Origin: Kiritimatiellia bacterium
GTDB lineage: Bacteria > Verrucomicrobiota > Kiritimatiellia > JAAZAB01
Reading direction: 5' to 3'
Assembly: GCA_028715905.1 (NCBI GenBank)
Contig: JAQUQV010000002.1
Span: forward strand, 15,979-79,978
DNA length: 64,000 nt
The position numbers and the translations under genes are program-made. Below are positions 27,194 to 36,806 of the stretch, in pieces; within the stretch, counting starts at the first letter, position 1, and the number at the start of each line of letters is the position of its first letter. The notes below the pieces were generated by a model. That model saw only the letters and a list, made by a program, of their open reading frames with translations, was not told where the DNA came from and did not search any database.

Positions 27194-27588
27194 TGATACA
27201 ACTTTGTGACAACAAGGAGGTTCATTATGCATTTCTTGAACGGCATACCGAGGACATTCTCGGCGCCTATTCGTGTTTTGACCGGATCATCATCCAAGGC
27301 GCCCTGCCCGACATTGCCCATGCGGACGCTATCACGCAGTGGTTCTTCTGGCATGATAAACTCACCCATCGCACCTTTTTCCGTTACGACACCGGCCGCT
27401 GTGTCCACTACTGTAACGGGCACAACTGGCTGGCCCGCCGTATGACCAGGGCCGGCATTTCCTTCACGCAAGTGAATTACTATGTTGAAGCAGATTTGCA
27501 ATATTATTCCGGGACATCTTGTGAACAAGCCAAGGCTGTGTTACCCCTGGGGGTAACACAGCCTTGGAACATTACCGAAAAAGAGTAA
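27193..27588 (+). CDS. Hypothetical small protein with a GTG start (low confidence)
   Basis: A 131-aa ORF of protein-like composition. However, an AAGGAGG RBS sits 6 nt upstream of an ATG (27228) in a different frame, encoding a 72-aa S/T/P-rich peptide. The coding status is unresolved. Confidence 0.25.
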   Translation: MIQLCDNKEVHYAFLERHTEDILGAYSCFDRIIIQGALPDIAHADAITQWFFWHDKLTHRTFFRYDTGRCVHYCNGHNWLARRMTRAGISFTQVNYYVEADLQYYSGTSCEQAKAVLPLGVTQPWNITEKE

Positions 27589-27665
27589 AAAAATCTTGCA
27601 ATTTATAAATTAAGTGATATTTTTAGTTTTAAAGAGCTATGGAGCACCATGGCGCATGAAATAAA

Positions 27666-28880
27666 ATGAATATACAAGAATCAATATTGGACGGTAATTC
27701 TAAAATTCCCAAGTATTTCCAATTAAAGAATATTTTATTGCAACAGATATTGGAAAAGAAAGCGGACGAAAGATTTTACTCGGAACGCGAGTTGGCAGCC
27801 TTATACAAGGTAAGCGTATTTACAGCGCGCCAGGCGCTGGCCGAACTGGTCAAGGGGGAAAAACTGGTCAGATTACATGGTAAAGGCACCTTTATTGCCA
27901 ATCATTCAAAAACAATAAAGCTGGAAGACGCCAGAATCGGCTTGGCATGGCAAGAGGACATAGAAGTGAATGGTGTTGTTTTTACATACGAGATATTGAA
28001 TCTAATGGCCGACTGCGACCGCCGGCATATACATTTGTCAACCTTTACCTATCCCAGGCAGGGATTGCGTAATTCTGCCTGCCTGTTGCGCAATATGTTG
28101 GATCAAAAGCGGTTGGATGCGCTGTTGATCTATTGTGTTCCCCTTGATATTGGCGATATAGCATGGCTTCAAGACAGACAGGTTCCGTTCATATTGGCAG
28201 GAACAGACCTTTTTGAGGACAATATATTTAGTGTCATGGGAGATGTTTTTGAGGGAATACGCATGGCAATGAATCATCTGGCCGAACTGAAACACACCCG
28301 GATTGGCCTAGTCAACACCGCGATGAATAATTATCTCAAGGCAACGGCCGTTTTGGGATATCGTTCGGCTCTGGACAAGCGTGATATTCCCTTTAAGCCG
28401 GAGTTGATTATAGATATGCCGTACGGCGAAGATATAGATCTTGGCCGATTTGACAAGTGGGTGGAGGCTGCGCGTCCGACCGGCATTCTAACGGTGGAAG
28501 AGGTAATGGCACTGGGAGTTATGAAAAGACTTTTGTGCACCGGTAAATCCGTGCCCGGAGATATCTCGGTGATCGGATACAGCGACCGGCTGCCTCCTTC
28601 GTGTTACCCGGTATCCCTGACCACGATAGACACCCGGATTCGCATTCAGAATCAAAAGACGCTGGATTTATTAAGCGATATGATCAGCGGCAAGCCTGTG
28701 CAACAACAGCATGTCAAGATTGCGCCGGAACTGGTTGTGCGCTCATCAACCGCCGTTTGTCCTTCCTTTTCATATGAACAACAAATTGATCATCCGGAAA
28801 AATATTCCGCAGCGGCCAAAGCCGTCACGGAACCAGGGTATAATCGGAGGCAAATATGCAAGACGCCGCAAGAATATTAA
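27666..28880 (+). CDS. Transcriptional regulator with a GntR-type HTH N-terminus and a LacI/periplasmic-binding-protein-like sugar-binding C-terminus (AraR-like architecture)
   Basis: GntR winged-helix signature ERELAALYKVSVFTARQALAELVKGEKLVRLHGKGTFIA, then a PBP-like domain of about 300 aa. Low-GC gene. Confidence 0.65.
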   Translation: MNIQESILDGNSKIPKYFQLKNILLQQILEKKADERFYSERELAALYKVSVFTARQALAELVKGEKLVRLHGKGTFIANHSKTIKLEDARIGLAWQEDIEVNGVVFTYEILNLMADCDRRHIHLSTFTYPRQGLRNSACLLRNMLDQKRLDALLIYCVPLDIGDIAWLQDRQVPFILAGTDLFEDNIFSVMGDVFEGIRMAMNHLAELKHTRIGLVNTAMNNYLKATAVLGYRSALDKRDIPFKPELIIDMPYGEDIDLGRFDKWVEAARPTGILTVEEVMALGVMKRLLCTGKSVPGDISVIGYSDRLPPSCYPVSLTTIDTRIRIQNQKTLDLLSDMISGKPVQQQHVKIAPELVVRSSTAVCPSFSYEQQIDHPEKYSAAAKAVTEPGYNRRQICKTPQEY

Positions 28881-29809
28881 AACGTCACCCGGCCAATCCG
28901 CTGCTGCATGTCAAGGATTATCCCGGAACAGCCCAGCTTTACAATCCCTCGCCGGTAATTTACAATGACGAAACCTTGCTGTTGGTTTCGGTGGTGGAAC
29001 ATGCGGCCAGACGCGGCTATGGCCGGGATGTTGGGCAGACAAGAATCGCTAGAAGCAGCGACGGTGTTCATTTCGCCCTTGGCATGGAAGACTTCATTGG
29101 CGTGCAGTCCGAAGAATTTCCCTGGTCCCTTTGTCATCATTTCATAGATAACCGCGTTACAAAAATAGACGATGTTTATTATATCGTGACGCCGGTTATG
29201 GTCCGTGATTTCGTCTCACCCGTGGGCATGCTTGGAAGGACCATGGATTTTATAACCTATGAACGCATGGGGATTATTACCCAGCCGCGCAACCGGGGAG
29301 CATCGCTTTTTCCGGAAAAAATCGGCGGAAAATACTGGAAGCTTGACCGGCCCGGCGGCGACACCCGCTGTAGCGGCGACCTCTGGATTTCATCGTCGCC
29401 CGATCTACTGCACTGGGGCGGATTTCGGCCGGTATTGGCGGCCAATTACCGGTTCTGGAACGAAAAAAAGATCGGGCCGACTCCGCCCATAAAAACGGAC
29501 AAAGGCTGGCTGGTGATAATTCACGGGGTTTCTGCTCCTGCCGGAGGAACCTATTATTACATTGGCGCCATGCTGCTGGATTTGAAAGAACCATGGAAAG
29601 TGATCGGGAAAACGAACAGTTATATTCTGGGGCCTGAAGAGGAATACGAGCGGCACGGCAACTGCGATAATACCGTTTTTCCATGCGGCGCCATAGCGGA
29701 TCAAGCCAAGGATGAACTGCGGCTCTATTACGGGGCTTGCGATCAATGTGTTTGCCTCGCCACCGGCAGCCTCAACAGCCTTATCCAAGCTTGCCTTGAT
29801 GAAATTTGA
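28856..29809 (+). CDS. Glycoside hydrolase family 130 (beta-mannoside phosphorylase/hydrolase, DUF377 fold)
   Basis: GH130-like blades (NPSPVIYNDETLLL..., GDTRCSGDLWISSSPDLLHWG, WLVIIHGV); 317 aa. A GGAGG RBS lies 6 nt upstream. Confidence 0.65.
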   Translation: MQDAARILKRHPANPLLHVKDYPGTAQLYNPSPVIYNDETLLLVSVVEHAARRGYGRDVGQTRIARSSDGVHFALGMEDFIGVQSEEFPWSLCHHFIDNRVTKIDDVYYIVTPVMVRDFVSPVGMLGRTMDFITYERMGIITQPRNRGASLFPEKIGGKYWKLDRPGGDTRCSGDLWISSSPDLLHWGGFRPVLAANYRFWNEKKIGPTPPIKTDKGWLVIIHGVSAPAGGTYYYIGAMLLDLKEPWKVIGKTNSYILGPEEEYERHGNCDNTVFPCGAIADQAKDELRLYYGACDQCVCLATGSLNSLIQACLDEI

Positions 29810-30016
29810 AATTGAGAAAAGAATGCCGGGGAAAGCCGGCAAAGAAACGTGCGTGATTGTGAACGCATAACGGCGGTGATTGCGGACGGTATTGCGGAAC
29901 AGGCTGAAAATCGCAAAAACAACCGGTTCGGCTTTCGCAAACTTTTGGGCGATGCCAACCCGTCATGCCATAGGCAGATATCCGCCTCTGGCGGAAAATT
30001 AATCATTCGGAAAAAC

Positions 30017-30046
30017 ATTCCTTGACGGCCAAAGCTGTCAAGGAAT
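30017..30046 (+). promoter_or_regulatory. Perfect 10-bp inverted repeat ATTCCTTGAC-N10-GTCAAGGAAT immediately upstream of the 30059 gene; candidate operator
   Basis: The palindrome ends 12 nt before the ATG and is followed by an AGGAG RBS. Confidence 0.4.
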
Positions 30047-30058
30047 CAGGAGCCTTGC

Positions 30059-33000
30059 ATGTCCACTCAATATAAAACACTCCTGTTGACATTTTTCGGG
30101 ATGTTAATGGTTGGCGCGAATACTTTTTGCGGCAATGTGAGGCAGCGCGTGTGGACAAAATATTTTCCCAATATCACTCCACATTATTCGGGATATGAGC
30201 CTGAATTCGAGGAGGTGTCTACGAATTACGTAACCCCACATACAGAATGGGCAAAACCTTGGAGTCTCGGACAGGTAAAAACATTGGCGCTTGCGCCGCG
30301 CGTGTGTCACCGCGATACCGTGGAATTGGCGCAATGTTTGGATATGGCCTTTGACACCTTCGGCTCTTTTGGACGCACTAGGCTCAGCGGAATAACCGGA
30401 CCAGAGTTCGACGGCACCCCGGTCTGCGCGTTTGCCGGTTTCAGCCAACAGGATCAGGTTCAACGCCTGAAGAATATTTTGACAAATAATTATGATGTTT
30501 TGATTATGGGGGGCATGTGCTGGGCGGCATTCCCCTCAGACATACAGGCAATCATTTTGGAGAAGGTTGAGAAAGGAACTGGATTAGTCATCGGTTTCAC
30601 CGGTTCCGGCATGAAAAACTATGTGCCTGGCGTCATTCAATCCGCGCCGACCGTTGGACAAACCGATTCATCGTGGGTTTGCTCGGGAATTCCTTTCACC
30701 GCCTTATATGGAAGCGAGGGATATAAATCCGACAGAGAAGCCGCCATGGCAATCGTGAGCCTTAAACAATTCGGCAAGGGGCGCGTGGCAATATTGTCCT
30801 TGGGTGGAAATTCTGAAAACACCTATTTTGTTCCGCCATTGCCGGCGCAACCTGCATGGAGAATATGGCAGGTGGATTATTATTTTTCACTTGCGGCAAA
30901 AGCAGTGCTCTGGGCATCCGGCAAAAATCCGGCAAAGAGCGTCGTATGGACCGTCAAGAATCAACGAATAGTGGTTGATGGCGATTACAACGCCAAAAGT
31001 GCCGTTCAATGCGTGAAAATACGCAACGATCTCGGGGAAATCGCGTGGGAAAAAGATATTTGGGAAAACGAGATCGCCCTTCCAAGCCTGGCGCCCGGCA
31101 AATACCTTGCCGATATCGTTTTAAAAAAGGAAGGCAAAAACCTCGATTGGGGAACTTGTGTTTTTGAAATAAAAGGAGACGCGCAAATAAGTTCGGTTGC
31201 CGTCACCCCGGCTATTGTGGAATCCGGCTCCAGTATGTCCCTCTCTACAATGTTAGAGGGAAATACCAGGAAGGAATTGTATTTAAATGTCCGATTATGG
31301 GACATGTATGAAAGACTTCTCGGCGAGATAACTCAGAAAGCTCCGCCGGGACAAAAGTTGATCCAAACGAAAATTGACGCGAGAAGCCCTTTGACTTGTT
31401 TGATGAAGGGACGCCTGGTTCTTAATGACGCTGCCGGCCACGAAGTAAGTCATAAGGAAATTTTCATTCCCGTGAAAATTCCATATATCGCGGATGATTT
31501 CGGGTTTCTAACGATGGAGGATGGATTCAATGAATACCCTTGGTATTATGCCCGCAAGGAAATGCGCGCGCTTGGCATGAATCTGGCGTACACAAAAGTA
31601 TTCGCGGATACTCATGCTTCCCTGAACAATCCGTGGATGTTGTGCTGGGTCAATGCTTTGGCGGGCATCCAGCCGGTGCCTTGGATCACGTCATATCGCG
31701 GGGATATGTACAGGGAGAATGCTGCGGACAAAACTCATTACGAACGGACGCCGTGTCTGAGCGATCCGGAATACATCACCATGGAAAAGGAAAGAATTCA
31801 TCGGCTTGTACGCGAGGCAGTCGTTTTTGGGCCGCCGGCTTATTGTCTGGGTGACGAAAATTTTTTATCGTTGAATGACGTGGAGATGTGTTTTTCCAAG
31901 CATTGCATGGAAGGATTCAGGAAATATCTTAAGGCGCTGTATCTTCGGCTTGAGGCTCTAAACTCCGAGTGGGGAAGCAGATATAAAACGTGGAATGAAA
32001 TAACGCCGCTTACGCTGGCGGAAGCACGCGCGCTCGATCAACCGGCACGGTGGGTTGATTTCAGACTCTTTATGGAGCGCGTATTTCTCGGCATTCATCA
32101 GGCTGGCGCCGCTGCGGCGAGAGAATATGCCCCTGATGCGCGGGTGGGTTTTGACGGGCTTTTTAACACAACCAGTTTTACCGGTTATGATTGGTGGCAA
32201 TTGTCGCAAAATTTAGATTTTCTGGGCGTCTATCCCGATCACCTTCAGACCGAAATATTAAGATCTTTCCATAAAAACAAATCCATTACCGGACGTTGGT
32301 GCGGCGGGTACCGGAATTTGACAAGCTTTAAAGAATACGGCCATTGGGAGCCGTGGCATACATTGTTTCACGAGATGAACACAGTATGGTGGTATAATAT
32401 GATTGAACGCGCCGCCAACGGTATTTTCTGCTCGGATACGATGAACCCGACTTCATTTCAGCCTTTCCCGGTCCTTCAGGCAACGTCCACGGAGGTTCTG
32501 GAGATCAAAGGCGGGATCGGGAAACTGCTCTTGAATGCCAAACGCGATACGGGCGGTATTGCGATCCTGTATTCCCAATCCAGTCTGCACGCGGCGACGT
32601 ATTATGCAAAGCATGGAAATTCCAATGACAGCGCGCTTGATTTCATCAGAATTCTGGAGGATCTCTGTCATCAATATCGGTTTATCTCCTATGAGCAACT
32701 GGCGCAAGGAATATTGACGCGAGAAAAATATAAACTGATAATTCTTCCGAGTTCAATAGCGTTGTCGGAAGCGGAACGAGACGCTCTTATGGCCTTTTCA
32801 AAATCTGGCGGCCATGTCGTTGCGGACACAATCCCCGGAATTTATGACGAACATGGGAAACCCCTGGTTCCTGATATGCAGTGGGCGGAATGGCAAAAGA
32901 ACAGCGTAGAAATAGTCGGAGATAAAGTCAGGGGCTATAAGAGGGGGAAATCCGGAGATATTGAACAGCGGCATCGGTTTTCAGGCAAACTGAGCGAAAA

Positions 33001-33598
33001 AGGCATTTCGCCGGAATTTTCTGTCAAAACCGACAAGGGCGATTTGTATGAGGGGGAACTGGTTGTATTTAGCGATCATGACACCCGGTATGTTGGGATG
33101 TTGAGAAGTCATTCGCCTGCGGTTAAGAATCAGGGCTTGGTGATAATCCTGCCCGAGAAAAGACATGTTTACAATGTCCGCGCAGGCCGCTATCTCGGAT
33201 ATCAGGACAGAATCAGCGATGAATTGAAACCCGGCATGGCCGGATTATGGGCATTGTTTCCCTCAGAACAGCCGAAAGATTTAATAATGTTGAATGTACA
33301 ACAGGAAGCCGACATTGGCGGAAATATTGAATATAGCGTCAGGTTAAAAACCGAATCACCCGGATGTCACGTGGTTCGGATAACGGTGAAAAATCCCGAC
33401 GGTATCGCGCAAAAACATTATAGCCGAAACCTGATTGTAAGGAACGGCGCCGCAACGGATATTGTGCCGCTGGCGTTGAGTGACAAGGCCGGCAGCTGGA
33501 GAATCCACGCAATGGATGTTGCCACCGGCTCTTCAATAAATAAACGATCTGCCGTCAAACGAAGGGGGAACATTGGATCAATAGATGAAAGGAAATGA
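30059..33598 (+). CDS. Large secreted protein (1179 aa), putative glycoside hydrolase with a GH42-like fold, including a domain-M/class-I-glutamine-amidotransferase-like module
   Basis: Signal peptide. An internal segment GIAILYSQ...YKLIILPSSIALSEAERDALMAFSKSGGHVVA resembles the GH42 trimerisation domain. Low GC. Confidence 0.45.
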   Translation: MSTQYKTLLLTFFGMLMVGANTFCGNVRQRVWTKYFPNITPHYSGYEPEFEEVSTNYVTPHTEWAKPWSLGQVKTLALAPRVCHRDTVELAQCLDMAFDTFGSFGRTRLSGITGPEFDGTPVCAFAGFSQQDQVQRLKNILTNNYDVLIMGGMCWAAFPSDIQAIILEKVEKGTGLVIGFTGSGMKNYVPGVIQSAPTVGQTDSSWVCSGIPFTALYGSEGYKSDREAAMAIVSLKQFGKGRVAILSLGGNSENTYFVPPLPAQPAWRIWQVDYYFSLAAKAVLWASGKNPAKSVVWTVKNQRIVVDGDYNAKSAVQCVKIRNDLGEIAWEKDIWENEIALPSLAPGKYLADIVLKKEGKNLDWGTCVFEIKGDAQISSVAVTPAIVESGSSMSLSTMLEGNTRKELYLNVRLWDMYERLLGEITQKAPPGQKLIQTKIDARSPLTCLMKGRLVLNDAAGHEVSHKEIFIPVKIPYIADDFGFLTMEDGFNEYPWYYARKEMRALGMNLAYTKVFADTHASLNNPWMLCWVNALAGIQPVPWITSYRGDMYRENAADKTHYERTPCLSDPEYITMEKERIHRLVREAVVFGPPAYCLGDENFLSLNDVEMCFSKHCMEGFRKYLKALYLRLEALNSEWGSRYKTWNEITPLTLAEARALDQPARWVDFRLFMERVFLGIHQAGAAAAREYAPDARVGFDGLFNTTSFTGYDWWQLSQNLDFLGVYPDHLQTEILRSFHKNKSITGRWCGGYRNLTSFKEYGHWEPWHTLFHEMNTVWWYNMIERAANGIFCSDTMNPTSFQPFPVLQATSTEVLEIKGGIGKLLLNAKRDTGGIAILYSQSSLHAATYYAKHGNSNDSALDFIRILEDLCHQYRFISYEQLAQGILTREKYKLIILPSSIALSEAERDALMAFSKSGGHVVADTIPGIYDEHGKPLVPDMQWAEWQKNSVEIVGDKVRGYKRGKSGDIEQRHRFSGKLSEKGISPEFSVKTDKGDLYEGELVVFSDHDTRYVGMLRSHSPAVKNQGLVIILPEKRHVYNVRAGRYLGYQDRISDELKPGMAGLWALFPSEQPKDLIMLNVQQEADIGGNIEYSVRLKTESPGCHVVRITVKNPDGIAQKHYSRNLIVRNGAATDIVPLALSDKAGSWRIHAMDVATGSSINKRSAVKRRGNIGSIDERK

Positions 33599-36500
33599 GG
33601 ATGAAAGTTATGAGCAAATCGTTTTTGGTGGCTTTATTTTTACCGCTTACGGTTATAACCGGTTTGACGAACGTAGAGACACTGATTGTGCCCAGAGCGA
33701 CAGCGCCTGAAATTGACGGGCAAATCAAAGGTGAAGAATGGCGCGGCAGCGCAAAGGCGGGCCTGTTTGTGCATTTAGGAGGTTCCAGTAATGCCGCGTC
33801 CGACCAGACGGAAGCATTCATTATGCGTGATTGCGAGAATATTTACGTTGCGTTACTCTGCCATGGTTACAATCCAACGCAGGATCCGGCCGACGATGAA
33901 ACGGAATTCCATTTTAACGAGAACATGGAGCTCCAATCTACCACACGCCAGTTTATTATGAACTCGCGAGGCGTCCGCGCCGCCAAGAAAGCAGCATCCG
34001 CAATCGGAAGTAATAACACATGGGCCGTGGAAATGGCCATTCCGCTTGCCGATTTGAAAATTAAGCCGGATGAGGGAACGATGTTTCGCGGGCATTTTTG
34101 CAGAAAAGTGTCGTCTAAGAAAGAATACAGCTCTTGGCCGCCGATCTTGTCCGACAGTTTTCACGATTTGTACAATTCGGCCCGTTTTATTTTCGGCTCA
34201 TATCAGGCAGTAATCCTGCAAAAGTTGGGAATATTAATCAGAGAAACCGAAAAGATATATGTCGCGGATGCCATGAATGCCGACAGGGACGCCATTTTGA
34301 ATGAGGCGCGCAGATTGGAGTCAAAATTCAAGGCAAAGGCTGATTTATCCCCGGAAGAATTTCATGAGGCAATAGATGAAGTGATTAAAGTTGAGGATCA
34401 AAAGGCGGCGATGGATCGTCGGATTTTCAGGGAACTCTCCTTGCGTCACCTGGAGAGTTTGATTGAAAGCACGGGCAATTTGTCGGCATCCGATGAAATA
34501 GCAAAAGAAAAATCCGGGCTTTTGGATGATATGCAAAAACTGGCGGCGGCGGTTAAAATAAAGGGAGGCCTGTCAATAAGTGAATTTTACGCGACAAACA
34601 CAAAGGTATCGGAATTGGAAGATCGCAAAGCGGCCTTAGATGTTAAACTCGTACGCCGGAGTTTTGGCCCCATGGCGGCTGCGCCCGGGGCGAAACAGCC
34701 TGATGGAAATATCTTTTTGACGTCTGACGCGGCGCGGGGCGGCTATGACTTGCCTGAAGTCTGGACAAATCGTCAGATTCTGGGAAAGGATTTCTGGTTT
34801 GACATATGTTATTATCCGTCATTTTGGCAGAAGGTCGGCTTGGAAGATGAGCCCTTTATAAAGGATTCGTTGATGCGGATCGGGAGCTCTCCGATCATCA
34901 GAGAATATCCTTATAAGATTACTAATTTTGAATACGATTTTTTTGACCCACAGTCCGTGATATATCGTGCCCTGCATGAAACAGACAGGCCGTTCGCCGT
35001 GTACGGAGAGATTGGGCCTCTGGATATCGCTCCGTCGGTTTGCCGTCGTTTTTTAAAGGAGTACGGCGACAGGTTTGCCGGTTTCATGGCCGATGAATGT
35101 TTCGGCAACAAAGCTCGCGAAAGATGCTGGATGGCAATGGGGTTGCCATATCCGCGCACCCGGCAGGAAGCATTTTTGGGATTTACGGCCGCCTATTTCA
35201 ATTCAACCATTAATACCAATATTAATATGTTTTATTTCAGGAGTTGGGCGCTTACCCATCTGGTATTCCGCCCCTGGACATCCTGCGGGACGGCAACCTA
35301 TCTGGATCACTGGATATTGGAGCTTGGGGCCCCGTACAGCGGCGAGGAACTCGGCGCTTCAGGAATTGTATGCACGCCCATGCAGCTCGCGTTCTCGCGC
35401 GGGGCGGCGCGGCAATACAGAAAGCCGTGGCGGACATATCTGGCGCTATATGCCGCCGGAGTCGCGGGCGATTCGGCAATGAGCTATTCGGGGTGCCTTT
35501 CTCCGGAATGCCGGAGGGGAACAAAATTCGGGCCATACAGCGGAACATCTCTCTCGCTGCAACGGCGGCAATTGTTCGCCGCGTACATGTCGGGCGTCAA
35601 TATGATCAGAGATGAACACGATCTCGAACCATATCCTGGTAAAAACGAACGTCTCTCAACTTATGTGGCGCTTTATGATTGGCGCCATATCGATAAAACC
35701 GATCCATTGGTGAAAGTTATGAGAGATAAACACTATTATCTGTCGCCGGCCGGCGAAATCCGTAAAGAATTATATGATAATATTGTCAAAAAACATGACC
35801 GCGGCATGGCTTATACGCCTGTGGGTTTGATCTTTGATCGATATCATGGATTCATACTGAATTACGCAAGGAATAGAATCTTGGGGATTTTGCCCTACAC
35901 GGAAGGCGATTATATGATGCGAGCCGTTAATAACTCCTTGTTTCCCTGGGAGGACAATGTCAGAAGTGAAGGACATACGATGGTGACTTCTCCTTATGGC
36001 GATATGTTTGATGTGCTTACGAACAATGCCAGACTGGAGACTTTGAAGACGTATAGAACTCTGTTATTGGTAGGTAATGTTGATTTGGACAAATTGTTTG
36101 CGCAGCGCCTGCTGGACTACGTCAGCGAGGGCGGCACATTGTTGATAAATGCCGCACAGATCAGCGACGGAACATTGCCCGAGGCATTTCTTGGATGCAA
36201 AATATTGAACGAGCGCGGCGAAGGTCGAATATGGTACAGCCTGTTGGATGGAGAGGCGGCAGCCGAGCGGAAATCGTTCGGATATCGGCGACTGAAACCG
36301 ATAAGCGCAACCCCTTTGATCATTCGCGCGGACGGCGATAACAAAAAAGACGCGTTGGCGACTATGAACGAATACGGCAAGGGCCGCGTGATCCTGACCG
36401 CGCCTGATTACTTGTATGAAGTTGGAAGTCGCAATCGGATGTTGAATATGTTCGGCTACCTGATGGGACATCTGCGGGATGAATTGTTGCCGGTCCGGTG

Positions 36501-36792
36501 GGAAGGAAATGTGGAAGTTTTGGTGAACAGGAGCAGCAGGGGTTGGGTGGTAACGCTGATCAACAATGAGGGGGTGCTCAAAAAGGGTGGACAAAAGGAA
36601 ATGATTGATGATACAAAAAAGGCCGATGTGCGGGTAACATTGAACAAGGCGGCCGGCGGCCCGGAGGTGAAGAAAATCGCGGAATGGGTCAAGGGAGAAA
36701 AGCTGGAGATGCGGAAAACGGGTAATGAGGCCGAGGTCAAAATAACGGTTCCGCCGGGCGATGTTCGTATCCTGGAGTTCCGGATGAATTGA
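33595..36792 (+). CDS. Large secreted protein (1065 aa) with an N-terminal CBM9/DOMON-like carbohydrate-binding module and a GH42-domain-M-like segment
   Basis: Signal peptide. ATAPEIDGQIKGEEWRGS matches the CBM9-like motif. LLLVGNVDLDKLFAQRLLDYVSEGGTLLINA is amidotransferase-like. 4-nt overlap with the upstream gene. Confidence 0.45.
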   Translation: MRMKVMSKSFLVALFLPLTVITGLTNVETLIVPRATAPEIDGQIKGEEWRGSAKAGLFVHLGGSSNAASDQTEAFIMRDCENIYVALLCHGYNPTQDPADDETEFHFNENMELQSTTRQFIMNSRGVRAAKKAASAIGSNNTWAVEMAIPLADLKIKPDEGTMFRGHFCRKVSSKKEYSSWPPILSDSFHDLYNSARFIFGSYQAVILQKLGILIRETEKIYVADAMNADRDAILNEARRLESKFKAKADLSPEEFHEAIDEVIKVEDQKAAMDRRIFRELSLRHLESLIESTGNLSASDEIAKEKSGLLDDMQKLAAAVKIKGGLSISEFYATNTKVSELEDRKAALDVKLVRRSFGPMAAAPGAKQPDGNIFLTSDAARGGYDLPEVWTNRQILGKDFWFDICYYPSFWQKVGLEDEPFIKDSLMRIGSSPIIREYPYKITNFEYDFFDPQSVIYRALHETDRPFAVYGEIGPLDIAPSVCRRFLKEYGDRFAGFMADECFGNKARERCWMAMGLPYPRTRQEAFLGFTAAYFNSTINTNINMFYFRSWALTHLVFRPWTSCGTATYLDHWILELGAPYSGEELGASGIVCTPMQLAFSRGAARQYRKPWRTYLALYAAGVAGDSAMSYSGCLSPECRRGTKFGPYSGTSLSLQRRQLFAAYMSGVNMIRDEHDLEPYPGKNERLSTYVALYDWRHIDKTDPLVKVMRDKHYYLSPAGEIRKELYDNIVKKHDRGMAYTPVGLIFDRYHGFILNYARNRILGILPYTEGDYMMRAVNNSLFPWEDNVRSEGHTMVTSPYGDMFDVLTNNARLETLKTYRTLLLVGNVDLDKLFAQRLLDYVSEGGTLLINAAQISDGTLPEAFLGCKILNERGEGRIWYSLLDGEAAAERKSFGYRRLKPISATPLIIRADGDNKKDALATMNEYGKGRVILTAPDYLYEVGSRNRMLNMFGYLMGHLRDELLPVRWEGNVEVLVNRSSRGWVVTLINNEGVLKKGGQKEMIDDTKKADVRVTLNKAAGGPEVKKIAEWVKGEKLEMRKTGNEAEVKITVPPGDVRILEFRMN

Positions 36793-36806
36793 CATAAAGA
36801 TGGAGG

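Noticed and set aside
27001-27528. 175-aa minus-strand ORF spanning the mreB upstream region
   Set aside because: It overlaps the mreB promoter, the terminator-like hairpin and the repeat element. It has no protein-like features.
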